Assembly: GCF_000020385.1 (NCBI RefSeq)
Contig: NC_010814.1
Span: 690,001-722,000, forward strand
Direction: 5' to 3'
Length of the DNA: 32,000 bases
Origin: Trichlorobacter lovleyi SZ
Lineage (GTDB): Bacteria; Desulfobacterota; Desulfuromonadia; Geobacterales; Pseudopelobacteraceae
The notes below the pieces were generated by a model. The model searched no databases. It was not told the DNA's origin and saw only the letters and a list, made by a program, of their open reading frames with translations. How positions within the stretch are numbered: position 1 is the stretch's first letter; each line of letters begins with the position of its first letter. Positions 7,899-16,037 of this stretch are shown piece after piece. Position numbers and translations under genes: made by a program.

Positions 7899-8093
7899 TG
7901 GCGCTAACCTCCGGTTTTTGCTTTTTTTATGCCAATGGCATCATACAACGTCTGATTTGACGAATGCAAGGTCAGGAGAGTGGTTGACAAGAAAAAAAAG
8001 CGTGGTAAACAAAAACAATACGATGTCGGAAGAGTTGACGCATTTAAAAGTCCTGATTGAGGGCAGAACACAACGAAGGGAGGAATACAGAAT

Positions 8094-9425
8094 ATGCGTA
8101 AAACGGGAATAGCTGCAGCTTTGCTGCTGTTGGGGTTGAGTCAGGCCGCACTGGCCGAGAACAGGGCAGAAACGGTCACCTTTGCACCCTATGTGGGTGG
8201 ATATACCTTTCAGGGGAACCAGCATGTTGAAACATCACCGGTGTTTGGTTTCCGGTTGGGCTACAATCTCACGGACAACTGGGCGCTGGAAGGAGTTGTT
8301 GATTACTTGAAGGCTGATCTTGAGGGTGGCGGCAATATAGAGATGCTGCGTTACGGTGGCGACATTCTCTATAATTTTATGCCCAAAAGTAGCCTGGTGC
8401 CCTATTTGGCTGCCGGCTTTGGCGGGTTTAACATTGATAACAGCAAAACCCGGGGGATCGTTAACTACGGTGGTGGTCTGAAGTGGTTCCTGTCTGATAA
8501 CTTTGCCCTGCGTGCCGATGTGCGTGGGCTTAACTACAGCATGGGGAAGATCTACACCAATGTTGAGTATACCCTGGGCCTGCATGTCGCCGTAGGCGCC
8601 CCCAAGCCGGCTCCAGCGCCGGTTGTTGTGGCTGAGCCGGTGGTTGAGGCTGCAGCACCCAAGGCTGCGCCGGTCGTTGTCGCTCCGCCACCGCCACCAC
8701 CACCTGCCCCTGCCAGCAGCCTGACGGCAGAACCTGCAACACTGGAGAAAGGTAAAACTACGACCCTGACCTGGTCTTCAACCAATGTCAGCGGTTGCGA
8801 AATTCAGCCCGGTATTGGTCCAGTGTCAGCTACAGGCTCCACCGTGATCACCCCTGCTGCAAATACCAGATATACTCTGACCTGTAGCGGTGAGGGGGGT
8901 AAGACCAGCAGCACTGCCGGTGTCGAGGTGACGGAGCCGGTTAAGGAAGAGAGTGCTAAAAAAGCCTCTGCTGTTGCCGCAGGCGCCCGTCTTTCTCTGA
9001 AGGTGAATTTTGATACCGGTAAATCGATCATCAAGAAGCAGTACTATGATGAGTTGAAGGTTGTGGGTGATGGCCTGAATGAGCAGAAGAACCTGAAAGG
9101 GGTCATTGAAGGTCATACCGATAACGTTGGCAGCGATAAGTCAAACCTTGCCTTGTCCCAGCGCCGTGCCAATGCGGTTCGTGATTATATTGTCAAGAAT
9201 TTCAAGATTGACCGCAAGCGTCTGGCTGCCAAGGGGTACGGGGAGTCCAAGCCGATTGCGGACAATGCCACCGCCGAAGGACGTGAGCAGAATCGTCGTA
9301 TCGAGGCGGTATTTGAAGAGATTCCAAACTTTAAACCGGATGCCGATGAGCAGCAACCGGTAAAACCGGCCAAGAAGGCCGTTAAGAAAAAGGCAGCCAA
9401 GAAGCAGGCTCCTGCAAAGCGGTAG
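8094..9425 (+). CDS. OmpA-family outer membrane protein (N-terminal beta-barrel, Pro-rich linker, Ig-like module, OmpA_C peptidoglycan-binding domain, Lys-rich tail)
   Basis: Signal peptide MRKTGIAAALLLLGLSQAALA. Barrel-type alternating strands follow. The linker reads APKPAPAPVVVAEP...APPPPPPPAPA. The OmpA_C block reads GHTDNVGSDKSNLALSQRRANAVRDYI...GYGESKPIADNATAEGREQNRRIE. Confidence 0.9.
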   Translation: MRKTGIAAALLLLGLSQAALAENRAETVTFAPYVGGYTFQGNQHVETSPVFGFRLGYNLTDNWALEGVVDYLKADLEGGGNIEMLRYGGDILYNFMPKSSLVPYLAAGFGGFNIDNSKTRGIVNYGGGLKWFLSDNFALRADVRGLNYSMGKIYTNVEYTLGLHVAVGAPKPAPAPVVVAEPVVEAAAPKAAPVVVAPPPPPPPAPASSLTAEPATLEKGKTTTLTWSSTNVSGCEIQPGIGPVSATGSTVITPAANTRYTLTCSGEGGKTSSTAGVEVTEPVKEESAKKASAVAAGARLSLKVNFDTGKSIIKKQYYDELKVVGDGLNEQKNLKGVIEGHTDNVGSDKSNLALSQRRANAVRDYIVKNFKIDRKRLAAKGYGESKPIADNATAEGREQNRRIEAVFEEIPNFKPDADEQQPVKPAKKAVKKKAAKKQAPAKR

Positions 9426-9442
9426 CTTTCTGCTTAGATGAG

Positions 9443-9488
9443 AACAGAAACGGCCCTGTCTCTACAAAGAGACAGGGCCGTTTCTGTT
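9443..9488. terminator. Bidirectional terminator, 20-bp perfect hairpin
   Basis: aacagaaacggccctgtctc / gagacagggccgtttctgtt with loop tacaaa. It sits between the convergent ompA-like stop (9425) and the ytxH-like stop (9520). Confidence 0.8.
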
Positions 9489-9519
9489 ACTGCCAGCTAC
9501 AGGCTTGGCGGTTGGTAAC

Positions 9520-9768
9520 CTAAATCCAGGCGTCGCCACCATCGTACTGCAGGTCTTCCCCGTTTTTGCAGGTTCCCATTTTGTAGCGTGCTTCCTTGGC
9601 GTACTTTTTGAGCCGTTTGCCGGCACCTTCCTGAAGGTCAACCAGCTTGCGGCGGGTTTCGCGGCCCGGTGCCGGTGCAAGCAGGAGCGCAGCTGCAGCC
9701 CCGAGCAGGGCCCCTGAGGCCAGAGCCAGCAGTGTGGTGGTGATCGCATTGTCATTTGAACGGGACAT
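9520..9768 (-). CDS. YtxH-domain small membrane-anchored stress protein (82 aa)
   Basis: ATG 9768 is preceded by GAAGGAGAACCTT. The protein reads TTLLALASGALLGAAAALLLAPAPGRETRRKL..., matching the YtxH signature (TM helix followed by APxSGxExR). The track's longer ORF overlaps the gdh stop. Confidence 0.75.
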   Translation of the reverse strand: MSRSNDNAITTTLLALASGALLGAAAALLLAPAPGRETRRKLVDLQEGAGKRLKKYAKEARYKMGTCKNGEDLQYDGGDAWI

Positions 9769-9883
9769 AAGGTTCTCCTTCGGCATAAAAAATAGGTATT
9801 TCAATGTGTCTGACGGTTTGATGATCTTTTTTTCTCTTTTAGCATAGGTCGGCTTTTCAGAGAAAGAAGAAAAACAGCTGATC

Positions 9884-12862
9884 TCAAGCGGCCAGCCGTG
9901 CCAGATGGCGCCTGACCATTTCTTCAAAGTCATCATCCCGGTTACTGGTGTAGACCAGTGATGCCCCGATCTCTGCCGCCAGGATTGCTGCCAGATATTT
10001 GGCTGGCAGTGAGACGATGCGGCGGCGGAAACGTGTTTCGGTCTGCAGGATGCGAGGCAGATGCCGCAATAGTGCAGCTTTAAATGGCGGTTGCAGGCAC
10101 AGCTCCGGGCGGTTTGTGAAAAACTGAAACAGACGGTGGTAAAAACTGTTGATATTCTGACTGATCAGGTCGGAGATGTCGGTGTAGGTCTGACCGCCTT
10201 CAGCCTCCTGCCAGCGGCGCAGGATCAGGCGGGCCTCATCTCCGGCTCGCTTTCTGAGTATTTCCAGCACGTCCTGCACGTAGCGTTCTTTATGGGCAAG
10301 GAACTCCTTTTCGGTCAAGAGCAGGTTGGCAATGATCTCGTACGAAGAGGAGATAACTCCGCATTTGTTGGCCGATGCATCCCGCATCAGGATGACGCCT
10401 GCCTTTTGTAAGTGCTGGCGGGCCTGGGGGGTGATGAATGAGTTGGCCCCTTCAATAATCACTGGGGCTGTCGGACTACCGTCAGGTTTCAGGAACTCCT
10501 GCCAGTTTTGCGCGTCAATGGTTTCCGGCCGTCCGCCGGCAGGGATGAAGAGGTCTGCCTCGACTTTAAATGTCAGGCTGCCGTATTCCCGGTAAAAGTC
10601 ATCCAATGGCACCCAGCTCTCCTGCAGGGGACCATCCGTTCGGCGTTCCGTCCGGCGATGTAACTCACGTAAGCCTTCCATCCGTTTACCGGTGCGGAAG
10701 ATCATCATGCCGCCCGGGCCGAGCCGGGATGGATCAAAGCCGTCCAGATCCTGCTGCAGGGTGATCCGTTGCAGTTCCTCACGGTCAAGCCCGTTCGGGT
10801 CATACGCAGCTGCCGTACCGTCAAGTATCAGTACAACCCTGGCCTTTGGACAGTTTGCAAGCAGAATTTGAAGGCAGTTACCTGCCACGTCACCACCGGG
10901 TCCGCCGGTCAGCTTGATGCTGAACCGGTCGCGACGGATGTCAATCCCCTGTTCAGCCATGACCACCTCGGCGAAGGTCATCACGCCGGTGGAGGTGACC
11001 CCATACTCCTTGTGATTGATGCCGAACCGTTTACTGGAAATGATTCCTGCGCCCAGCATATATCCTCGTTTGCGGGAAAGGGCTGCAATCGCTTCAATCA
11101 TGCCGTCATGCATATTTTCGTCCGGCCCGATCTCAATCGGTTCATCATCGCCGTAGTAGTCCACCACCCGTTGATCCCGGACTCTGCCGTTGTCGGTGGT
11201 AAAGATGTCCAGAAAGGCGTTAGTGATGCCGTATTGCAGTTTGTAGAGCCGGCTGTTTTCGTGTTCGCGCCCGCCTTGTTCCAGGCCGGATGCGTCCATC
11301 ACCAAAACCATTTTTGAGCCGCCTTCGTAGATATCCTTGTTTTTCAGATGCTGGGTATGGGCCAGGACATAGACTTCGCGGAAGAGTGCGTTTGAGGCCG
11401 TAATGGCATCATCCTGATTGCGTGCTATGACCGTGCGCCAGCCACCACGTGCAATGTCGGAAAAACCGATATGGTAGCCATGTCCAAAACGGCTGAAAAA
11501 GAAGGTGACCCGAAACGGCAATGCCTCCGGCAGATCGGCGGTATAGTCTATGCCAAGCTGACGCAGGTAGGCCGGATCAAGCCTGAAGGCAAGGGCCTGT
11601 TTTTCGATTACAAAGAAGTTGGTCTTCAGGGTGTGGCAGATAAACAGCAGGCAGCAGCGGTAGATCGTCTGGCGAATCTCATCCAGCCAGCGGTGACCGG
11701 TGTTGTAGTCCTGAATCAGCGCTGTCGTTTCCGTCAGCAGGGTTTGGTAGGCAGGCTCACGGTTCAACAGGGCAGGATCAAAACGGGTTCTGAAAAGCCG
11801 CAACAGCTGCATTGCCATCTCGGGATGGGCATGAAAGGCGCTTTGGATATCTTCCAGTCCAAAACGGTCAGGCTGATTATGGGCAAGATTAGTATGGCAA
11901 AATGCCGTAAAGGCGTTGACCAGCGCGGCATCGTCACCCGCTATGATGCCCTTTGAGACCCATTCCCGATAGGTGTAGCAGTTATTGGCAAGGATCTGGG
12001 TGTTGCAGAGCTCCTGCTGCAGCTGTCGTGCCAGCGTAGAGTCGGGCTGCAGCTCATGGCCATCCCGGTGTTGAACAAAAAAGGTGCCAAGGAAATAGGG
12101 GTGGATGCCGTTGCTGAGAGTCAGACAATAGGCCCGACGGATGCCGATATTCAAGCGATTGAACACCTCAGCCAGCTGCAGCAGAAAATCCTCCTGCGGC
12201 GGATTGCCTACGGCAAAAAGCACCCTGGTTTCGGCAATGCCTTTGTGTTCAACCCTGCGAAGGTCCAGGAAGAGTCCGCCGGTGGCATTGCCCCGCTCAA
12301 AGAGCCAGATCAGCCAGGCGGTTCGCGGCGGAGGTGACAGTCGAATCTGCTCAGGGTTGTTCAGCCAGAGCAGGGTCAACAGCCGATCCGCAGTACGGTA
12401 CGGTATTGCCGGGGCAATCCGGGTGAGTTCCCTGAGGATGGTGCGCTTCAGGCCGGCAGGCGGCGATGATGCAGCAGGGTTGGTGACGGCGCTGTTTGGT
12501 TTGCGGTCGAATTCAAAGCGCTGGACCTCCAGCTCTCGGGACATGCCGGGCATGGGGCTGTACGAGTGGGAGAACATGGCATAGGAAATGCCCCGATCCC
12601 CCACCCGCTGCAGGCTGTTAAAGAGCGACCCCGGTTCATCCACACAGGCCAGGATCAGGCGTTTGTCGCGGTCTGCCAGGATCAGGTGACGGTTGTGCTG
12701 CAGCAGCGACATCTCACGGACCAGGGTGCCCAGGGCTTCTGGCTCATCAGTCATAGCCTGAAAGAAGTAAGGGGACATCTGCTCTTGCAACCAACAGGCG
12801 TTTTGTCTGGCAACTGTACTGGCGGTGCGACAGGCATTGCGCATGGCGGTTGAGAGCTGCAT
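9884..12862 (-). CDS. Large-form NAD-specific glutamate dehydrogenase (~1000 aa class)
   Basis: 992 aa. The catalytic-core blocks resemble those of large GDHs: ARGGWRTV...HTQHLKNKDIYEGGSKMVLV, GPDENM, FGINHKEYGVTSTGV, and the Rossmann motif KLTGGPGGDVAGN. A long N-terminal region of about 450 aa has no motif I recognise. Confidence 0.75.
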   Translation of the reverse strand: MQLSTAMRNACRTASTVARQNACWLQEQMSPYFFQAMTDEPEALGTLVREMSLLQHNRHLILADRDKRLILACVDEPGSLFNSLQRVGDRGISYAMFSHSYSPMPGMSRELEVQRFEFDRKPNSAVTNPAASSPPAGLKRTILRELTRIAPAIPYRTADRLLTLLWLNNPEQIRLSPPPRTAWLIWLFERGNATGGLFLDLRRVEHKGIAETRVLFAVGNPPQEDFLLQLAEVFNRLNIGIRRAYCLTLSNGIHPYFLGTFFVQHRDGHELQPDSTLARQLQQELCNTQILANNCYTYREWVSKGIIAGDDAALVNAFTAFCHTNLAHNQPDRFGLEDIQSAFHAHPEMAMQLLRLFRTRFDPALLNREPAYQTLLTETTALIQDYNTGHRWLDEIRQTIYRCCLLFICHTLKTNFFVIEKQALAFRLDPAYLRQLGIDYTADLPEALPFRVTFFFSRFGHGYHIGFSDIARGGWRTVIARNQDDAITASNALFREVYVLAHTQHLKNKDIYEGGSKMVLVMDASGLEQGGREHENSRLYKLQYGITNAFLDIFTTDNGRVRDQRVVDYYGDDEPIEIGPDENMHDGMIEAIAALSRKRGYMLGAGIISSKRFGINHKEYGVTSTGVMTFAEVVMAEQGIDIRRDRFSIKLTGGPGGDVAGNCLQILLANCPKARVVLILDGTAAAYDPNGLDREELQRITLQQDLDGFDPSRLGPGGMMIFRTGKRMEGLRELHRRTERRTDGPLQESWVPLDDFYREYGSLTFKVEADLFIPAGGRPETIDAQNWQEFLKPDGSPTAPVIIEGANSFITPQARQHLQKAGVILMRDASANKCGVISSSYEIIANLLLTEKEFLAHKERYVQDVLEILRKRAGDEARLILRRWQEAEGGQTYTDISDLISQNINSFYHRLFQFFTNRPELCLQPPFKAALLRHLPRILQTETRFRRRIVSLPAKYLAAILAAEIGASLVYTSNRDDDFEEMVRRHLARLAA

Positions 12863-12936
12863 GGGGCCTCCGATGATTGAATGTGGTATCCAAGTATACC
12901 GTTAATTACCGATTGGGCAAGGCGGGAAGTGCAGTC

Positions 12937-12966
12937 TTGACCGTAGACTGATGGCGGGCGTATACT
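12937..12966 (+). promoter_or_regulatory. Sigma70-type promoter upstream of cobO
   Basis: TTGACC-18 nt-TATACT, about 50 nt upstream of ATG 13019. Confidence 0.5.
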
Positions 12967-13018
12967 CAAAAATCTGGGTAGTATGGCATATTTTGCAGCG
13001 GTGACAGGAGTTTGGGGT

Positions 13019-13564
13019 ATGCTGAAAAAACAGCATGATGGCCTGGAGCGCGGTTGCGTTCAGGTCTATACCGGTAATGGTAAGGGGAAGACAACCGCAG
13101 CGCTAGGACTCTCCTTGAGAGCCCTGGGACGGGGGCTGCGGGTCTGTTTTTTTCAGTTTATCAAAGGGGGCGGTCCCTATGGGGAACAGCTGATTGCCGA
13201 CAGGCTCGGGCCTGACTTTACCATCATCCAGACCGGGCGTCCCGGCTGGGTCAATACCAGGGATATCACCGAAGATCGCCGCCTGGCCCAGCAGGCGTTG
13301 CAGCAGGCGCAGGAAGCGCTGCTTTCGGGGGCCTATGACCTCTTTGTCTGCGATGAGATTAACGGGGCAGTCGGATTCGGGCTGCTAGATGTGGAACAGG
13401 TGCTGGAGCTGATCCGGATCAAGCCGGAGCGGGTTGAGCTGGTGCTGACCGGGCGCAATGCCGATGAACGGGTTATGCAGGCTGCTGATCTGGTAACCGA
13501 GATGCGTGAGCTGAAGCACTATTACCAGGCGGGGGTGCCGGCACGTACGGGAATCGAGATGTGA
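13019..13564 (+). CDS. cobO: Cob(I)yrinic acid a,c-diamide / cob(I)alamin adenosyltransferase (CobO/BtuR type)
   Basis: VQVYTGNGKGKTTAALGLSLRALGRG (P-loop), QFIKG, DEINGAV, ELVLTGRNA and KHYYQAGVPARTGIE. ATG 13019 lies 8 nt after AGGAG, so it is preferred over the track start at 12983. Confidence 0.9.
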   Translation: MLKKQHDGLERGCVQVYTGNGKGKTTAALGLSLRALGRGLRVCFFQFIKGGGPYGEQLIADRLGPDFTIIQTGRPGWVNTRDITEDRRLAQQALQQAQEALLSGAYDLFVCDEINGAVGFGLLDVEQVLELIRIKPERVELVLTGRNADERVMQAADLVTEMRELKHYYQAGVPARTGIEM

Positions 13565-13602
13565 GCAGATGACGTGTCCGGAGCTGCAATACGCCGGTGT
13601 GC

Positions 13603-13630
13603 TTGCGTAACAGGATAGATAAGGTATACT
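13603..13630 (+). promoter_or_regulatory. Sigma70-type promoter upstream of the DUF948-YtxH pair
   Basis: TTGCGT-16 nt-TATACT, about 40 nt upstream of ATG 13672. Confidence 0.45.
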
Positions 13631-13671
13631 GTTGCATATAAACGATTTTATCTCTTGAAAGGAGCAACCAG

Positions 13672-14070
13672 ATGTCTCTTGGTGTCATAGCCGCCTTTAT
13701 AGCGGCCATTGCCGTTGCGGTGCTGGTGATGGTTTTGATTCCGGCAATTCAGAGTATCAAAAAAACTGCTCAGTCCGTTTCAGCACTGGCTGATCTGCTG
13801 ACCAGCGAACTCAAGCCCACCATCAAGGAGTTGAATCAGGTTCTGGCAGAGTTGAAAACAGTCGGTGGCGGGGTGGCCGAACATACTGATGATGTCAGGA
13901 GGTTTATGTCTGCGCTGGGGGAGACAGGCACCCAGATTTCAACCATAAACCGCTCCGTCGGTGTGATAACCGGTCTGCTGAATCAAGCTGGTGCAATTGC
14001 AACCGGTGCTAAGGTTGCCGGCACGTATCTGCTGGAAAGTTATCTTAAACGTAAGATGAAAGGAGTATGA
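13672..14070 (+). CDS. DUF948-type membrane-anchored stress protein (YtxG-like)
   Basis: N-terminal TM helix IAAFIAAIAVAVLVMVLIPAI, then helical repeats (...ALADLLTSELKPTIKELNQVLAELK...). SD AAAGGAG is present. It is immediately followed by a YtxH gene, as in the B. subtilis ytxGHJ arrangement. Confidence 0.7.
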   Translation: MSLGVIAAFIAAIAVAVLVMVLIPAIQSIKKTAQSVSALADLLTSELKPTIKELNQVLAELKTVGGGVAEHTDDVRRFMSALGETGTQISTINRSVGVITGLLNQAGAIATGAKVAGTYLLESYLKRKMKGV

Positions 14071-14072
14071 CC

Positions 14073-14384
14073 ATGGCACATGATGACAACGGAGTATCCG
14101 CAAGTACGGTATTGGTTTCCTTCCTGGCCGGTGCGGCCCTGGGGGCCGGTTTGGCGTTGTTGTATGCACCTAAGAGCGGCCGTGAGGTGCGTGAGCAGAT
14201 CGGTGATCTGGCTGATGATGCTGTCGACAAGATCAAGGAATATGCCCGTGAGGCCCAGGACAAGATCAAGGCCACCCTGGAGGACGGGAAGGAGACACTA
14301 ATGGAGAAGAAGTCGATTCTTTCCTCAGCCATTGAAGCAGGGCGGGAGGCAATTCAGAAGGAAAAAGAAAAGCTCGGCGTCTAA
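14073..14384 (+). CDS. YtxH-domain protein
   Basis: VLVSFLAGAALGAGLALLYAPKSGREVREQIGD... matches the YtxH signature. ATG 14073 lies 7 nt after GGAG. The track start at 14067 is only 1 nt from the SD. Confidence 0.75.
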   Translation: MAHDDNGVSASTVLVSFLAGAALGAGLALLYAPKSGREVREQIGDLADDAVDKIKEYAREAQDKIKATLEDGKETLMEKKSILSSAIEAGREAIQKEKEKLGV

Positions 14385-14412
14385 GGGACAGTCCGATTGA
14401 GATCCCATTTGG

Positions 14413-14444
14413 CGGGCCTGTTGGGAAACAGGCCCGTTTTTTTT
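14413..14444 (+). terminator. Intrinsic terminator
   Basis: 10-bp stem cgggcctgtt / aacaggcccg with a ggga loop, followed by T8. Confidence 0.9.
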
Positions 14445-14470
14445 GTTTAAAGTCGGTTAGTTGTGTGTGT

Positions 14471-14499
14471 TTGACTTTGGGGGTGGGAACGTCTATAAT
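14471..14499 (+). promoter_or_regulatory. Near-consensus sigma70 promoter of the mltD operon
   Basis: TTGACT-17 nt-TATAAT, 44 nt upstream of ATG 14543. Confidence 0.7.
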
Positions 14500-14542
14500 G
14501 CCGCATCTTTTGCTCTGTTCTGGGAGAGGTGACCTCCACACC

Positions 14543-15997
14543 ATGAGAATGCTGATGCTTGTCATACCGCTACTGGCCGTTGCTGTCGGAACTGCAGCCG
14601 GTGGTGAACCAACCCAGTCCCTGCTGAATGAGCTGGTGCAGCCGCATTCGACAGGAAACGGCAGGTTGACAGCGGGCGGGGGAAAGGGGCTGCCTCAGGT
14701 CGCGCTTGGTGAATCGCAGGGCGATGATGGTGCAACGCTGTTCACGCTGGAGGAACTGAAGGACGGGACATCTGCGTTGGCAGATCTGGCATTGCCTGAT
14801 GATGAGCCGGCTGCTGATGTGCCGCTTGCCCTGAACGACAAGGTTAATTATTTCATTACATTCTTTCAAACCAAGGGGCGTGCAACCTATGCACGCTGGC
14901 TTTCCCGTTCAACCCGGTATCTGCCGATGATGAAGGAGATCCTGCGCAAGGAAGGCTTGCCGGACGAATTGGTCTATGTAGCCATGATAGAGAGCGGCTT
15001 CCAGCTGAATGCGCGCTCATGGGCCAACGCGGTTGGACCCTGGCAGTTCATGTCGGCAACCGGCCGTCGCTACTCGCTGCGGATTGATCAATGGGTTGAT
15101 GAACGCAAGGATCCGGTCAAAGCGACCATGGCTGCGGCCATGTACCTGAAGGATCTGTACGGCATGTTCAATAATGACTGGTATCTGGCTGCTGCCGGAT
15201 ATAATGCCGGTGAAAACAAGATTTTCCGCGCTATTGACAAATATGATACCAACGACTTCTGGGAGCTTTCCAAGGGATCCTACCTGAAGCGGGAAACCAA
15301 GGAGTACGTTCCCAAGCTGCTTGCTGCCGCTATTATTGCCAAGGATCCGGCCAGGTATGGCTTTACGGAGATTGCCACGGTACCGGTCGTCGAGTACGAT
15401 ACCGTGACAGTGAAGGGGCGTACGGATCTTGATCTGGTTGCCCGCCTGACCGGCACTACCTACCAGAGCATCAAAGAGCTGAACCCTGCACTGCGGCACT
15501 GGTGTACCCCCCCTAATTATCCGGACTATGAGCTGAAGGTCCCCAAAGGGACTAAACTCCGTTTTGAACAAGGGATAGCTGCAGTGCCGGATGACCAGCG
15601 TTTCAGCGAAAAGAACCTCTATAGCCGTTATACCGCATCCCGCAAGGATAACCTCAAACAGCTTGCCCGCCGTTTCGGCAGCTCAGCCGGGGAACTTGCC
15701 GAGCTGAACGGTTTGAGCGTGAAAGATCGTATTGCCGGGCGTTCTTTGATCATTCCTGTAAAACAATCCGTTAATTTTGCCCAGGAAGGGCGTCGTGAAG
15801 CATCTGCAACCGGTGCACCCGCACTTACCTATTACACCGTGCGCAAGGGAGATACGCTCCATTCCCTTGCCCGGCGTTTTAATGTCTCTGTAAAAGTACT
15901 TACTGCCTGGAATAATTTGAAACATGCCGTCGCACTTAAGCCGGGCAAACGTCTGATAGTTGCCAGAGCAGCAAAGGCAGTAAGCAGCAAAGGGTGA
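14543..15997 (+). CDS. mltD: Membrane-bound lytic murein transglycosylase D-like (SLT domain plus two LysM domains)
   Basis: Signal sequence MRMLMLVIPLLAVAVGTAAG. SLT catalytic block YVAMIESGFQLNARSWANAVGPWQFM...AAGYNAGE. LysM repeats YTASRKDNLKQLARRFGSSAGELAELNGL and YYTVRKGDTLHSLARRFNVSVKVLTAWNNL. Confidence 0.88.
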   Translation: MRMLMLVIPLLAVAVGTAAGGEPTQSLLNELVQPHSTGNGRLTAGGGKGLPQVALGESQGDDGATLFTLEELKDGTSALADLALPDDEPAADVPLALNDKVNYFITFFQTKGRATYARWLSRSTRYLPMMKEILRKEGLPDELVYVAMIESGFQLNARSWANAVGPWQFMSATGRRYSLRIDQWVDERKDPVKATMAAAMYLKDLYGMFNNDWYLAAAGYNAGENKIFRAIDKYDTNDFWELSKGSYLKRETKEYVPKLLAAAIIAKDPARYGFTEIATVPVVEYDTVTVKGRTDLDLVARLTGTTYQSIKELNPALRHWCTPPNYPDYELKVPKGTKLRFEQGIAAVPDDQRFSEKNLYSRYTASRKDNLKQLARRFGSSAGELAELNGLSVKDRIAGRSLIIPVKQSVNFAQEGRREASATGAPALTYYTVRKGDTLHSLARRFNVSVKVLTAWNNLKHAVALKPGKRLIVARAAKAVSSKG

Positions 15998-16037
15998 CCG
16001 TCACCCCATCTTCTATCCAACAAAGAGGTTTCCCTGC

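Noticed and set aside
7901-7944. Sigma54-like element on the minus strand upstream of hemB (TGGCAT-N7-GCA with correct GG/GC spacing)
   Set aside because: The implied transcription start would fall inside the GGAGG Shine-Dalgarno of hemB and leave a ~10-nt leader. The -12 region is AAGCA, not TTGCA. The TGGCA is better explained as half of the palindrome ATGCCAATGGCAT.
8022-8111. 29-aa + strand ORF (MSEELTHLKVLIEGRTQRREEYRICVKRE) overlapping the ompA-like start
   Set aside because: It has no SD and is AT-rich promoter or leader sequence. It overlaps the real start region of the OmpA-family gene.
9520-9936. Long version of the YtxH ORF (138 aa)
   Set aside because: The extension overlaps the 3' end of gdh and lacks an SD. 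The internal ATG 9768 has a strong GAAGGAG and gives a typical ~80-aa YtxH protein.
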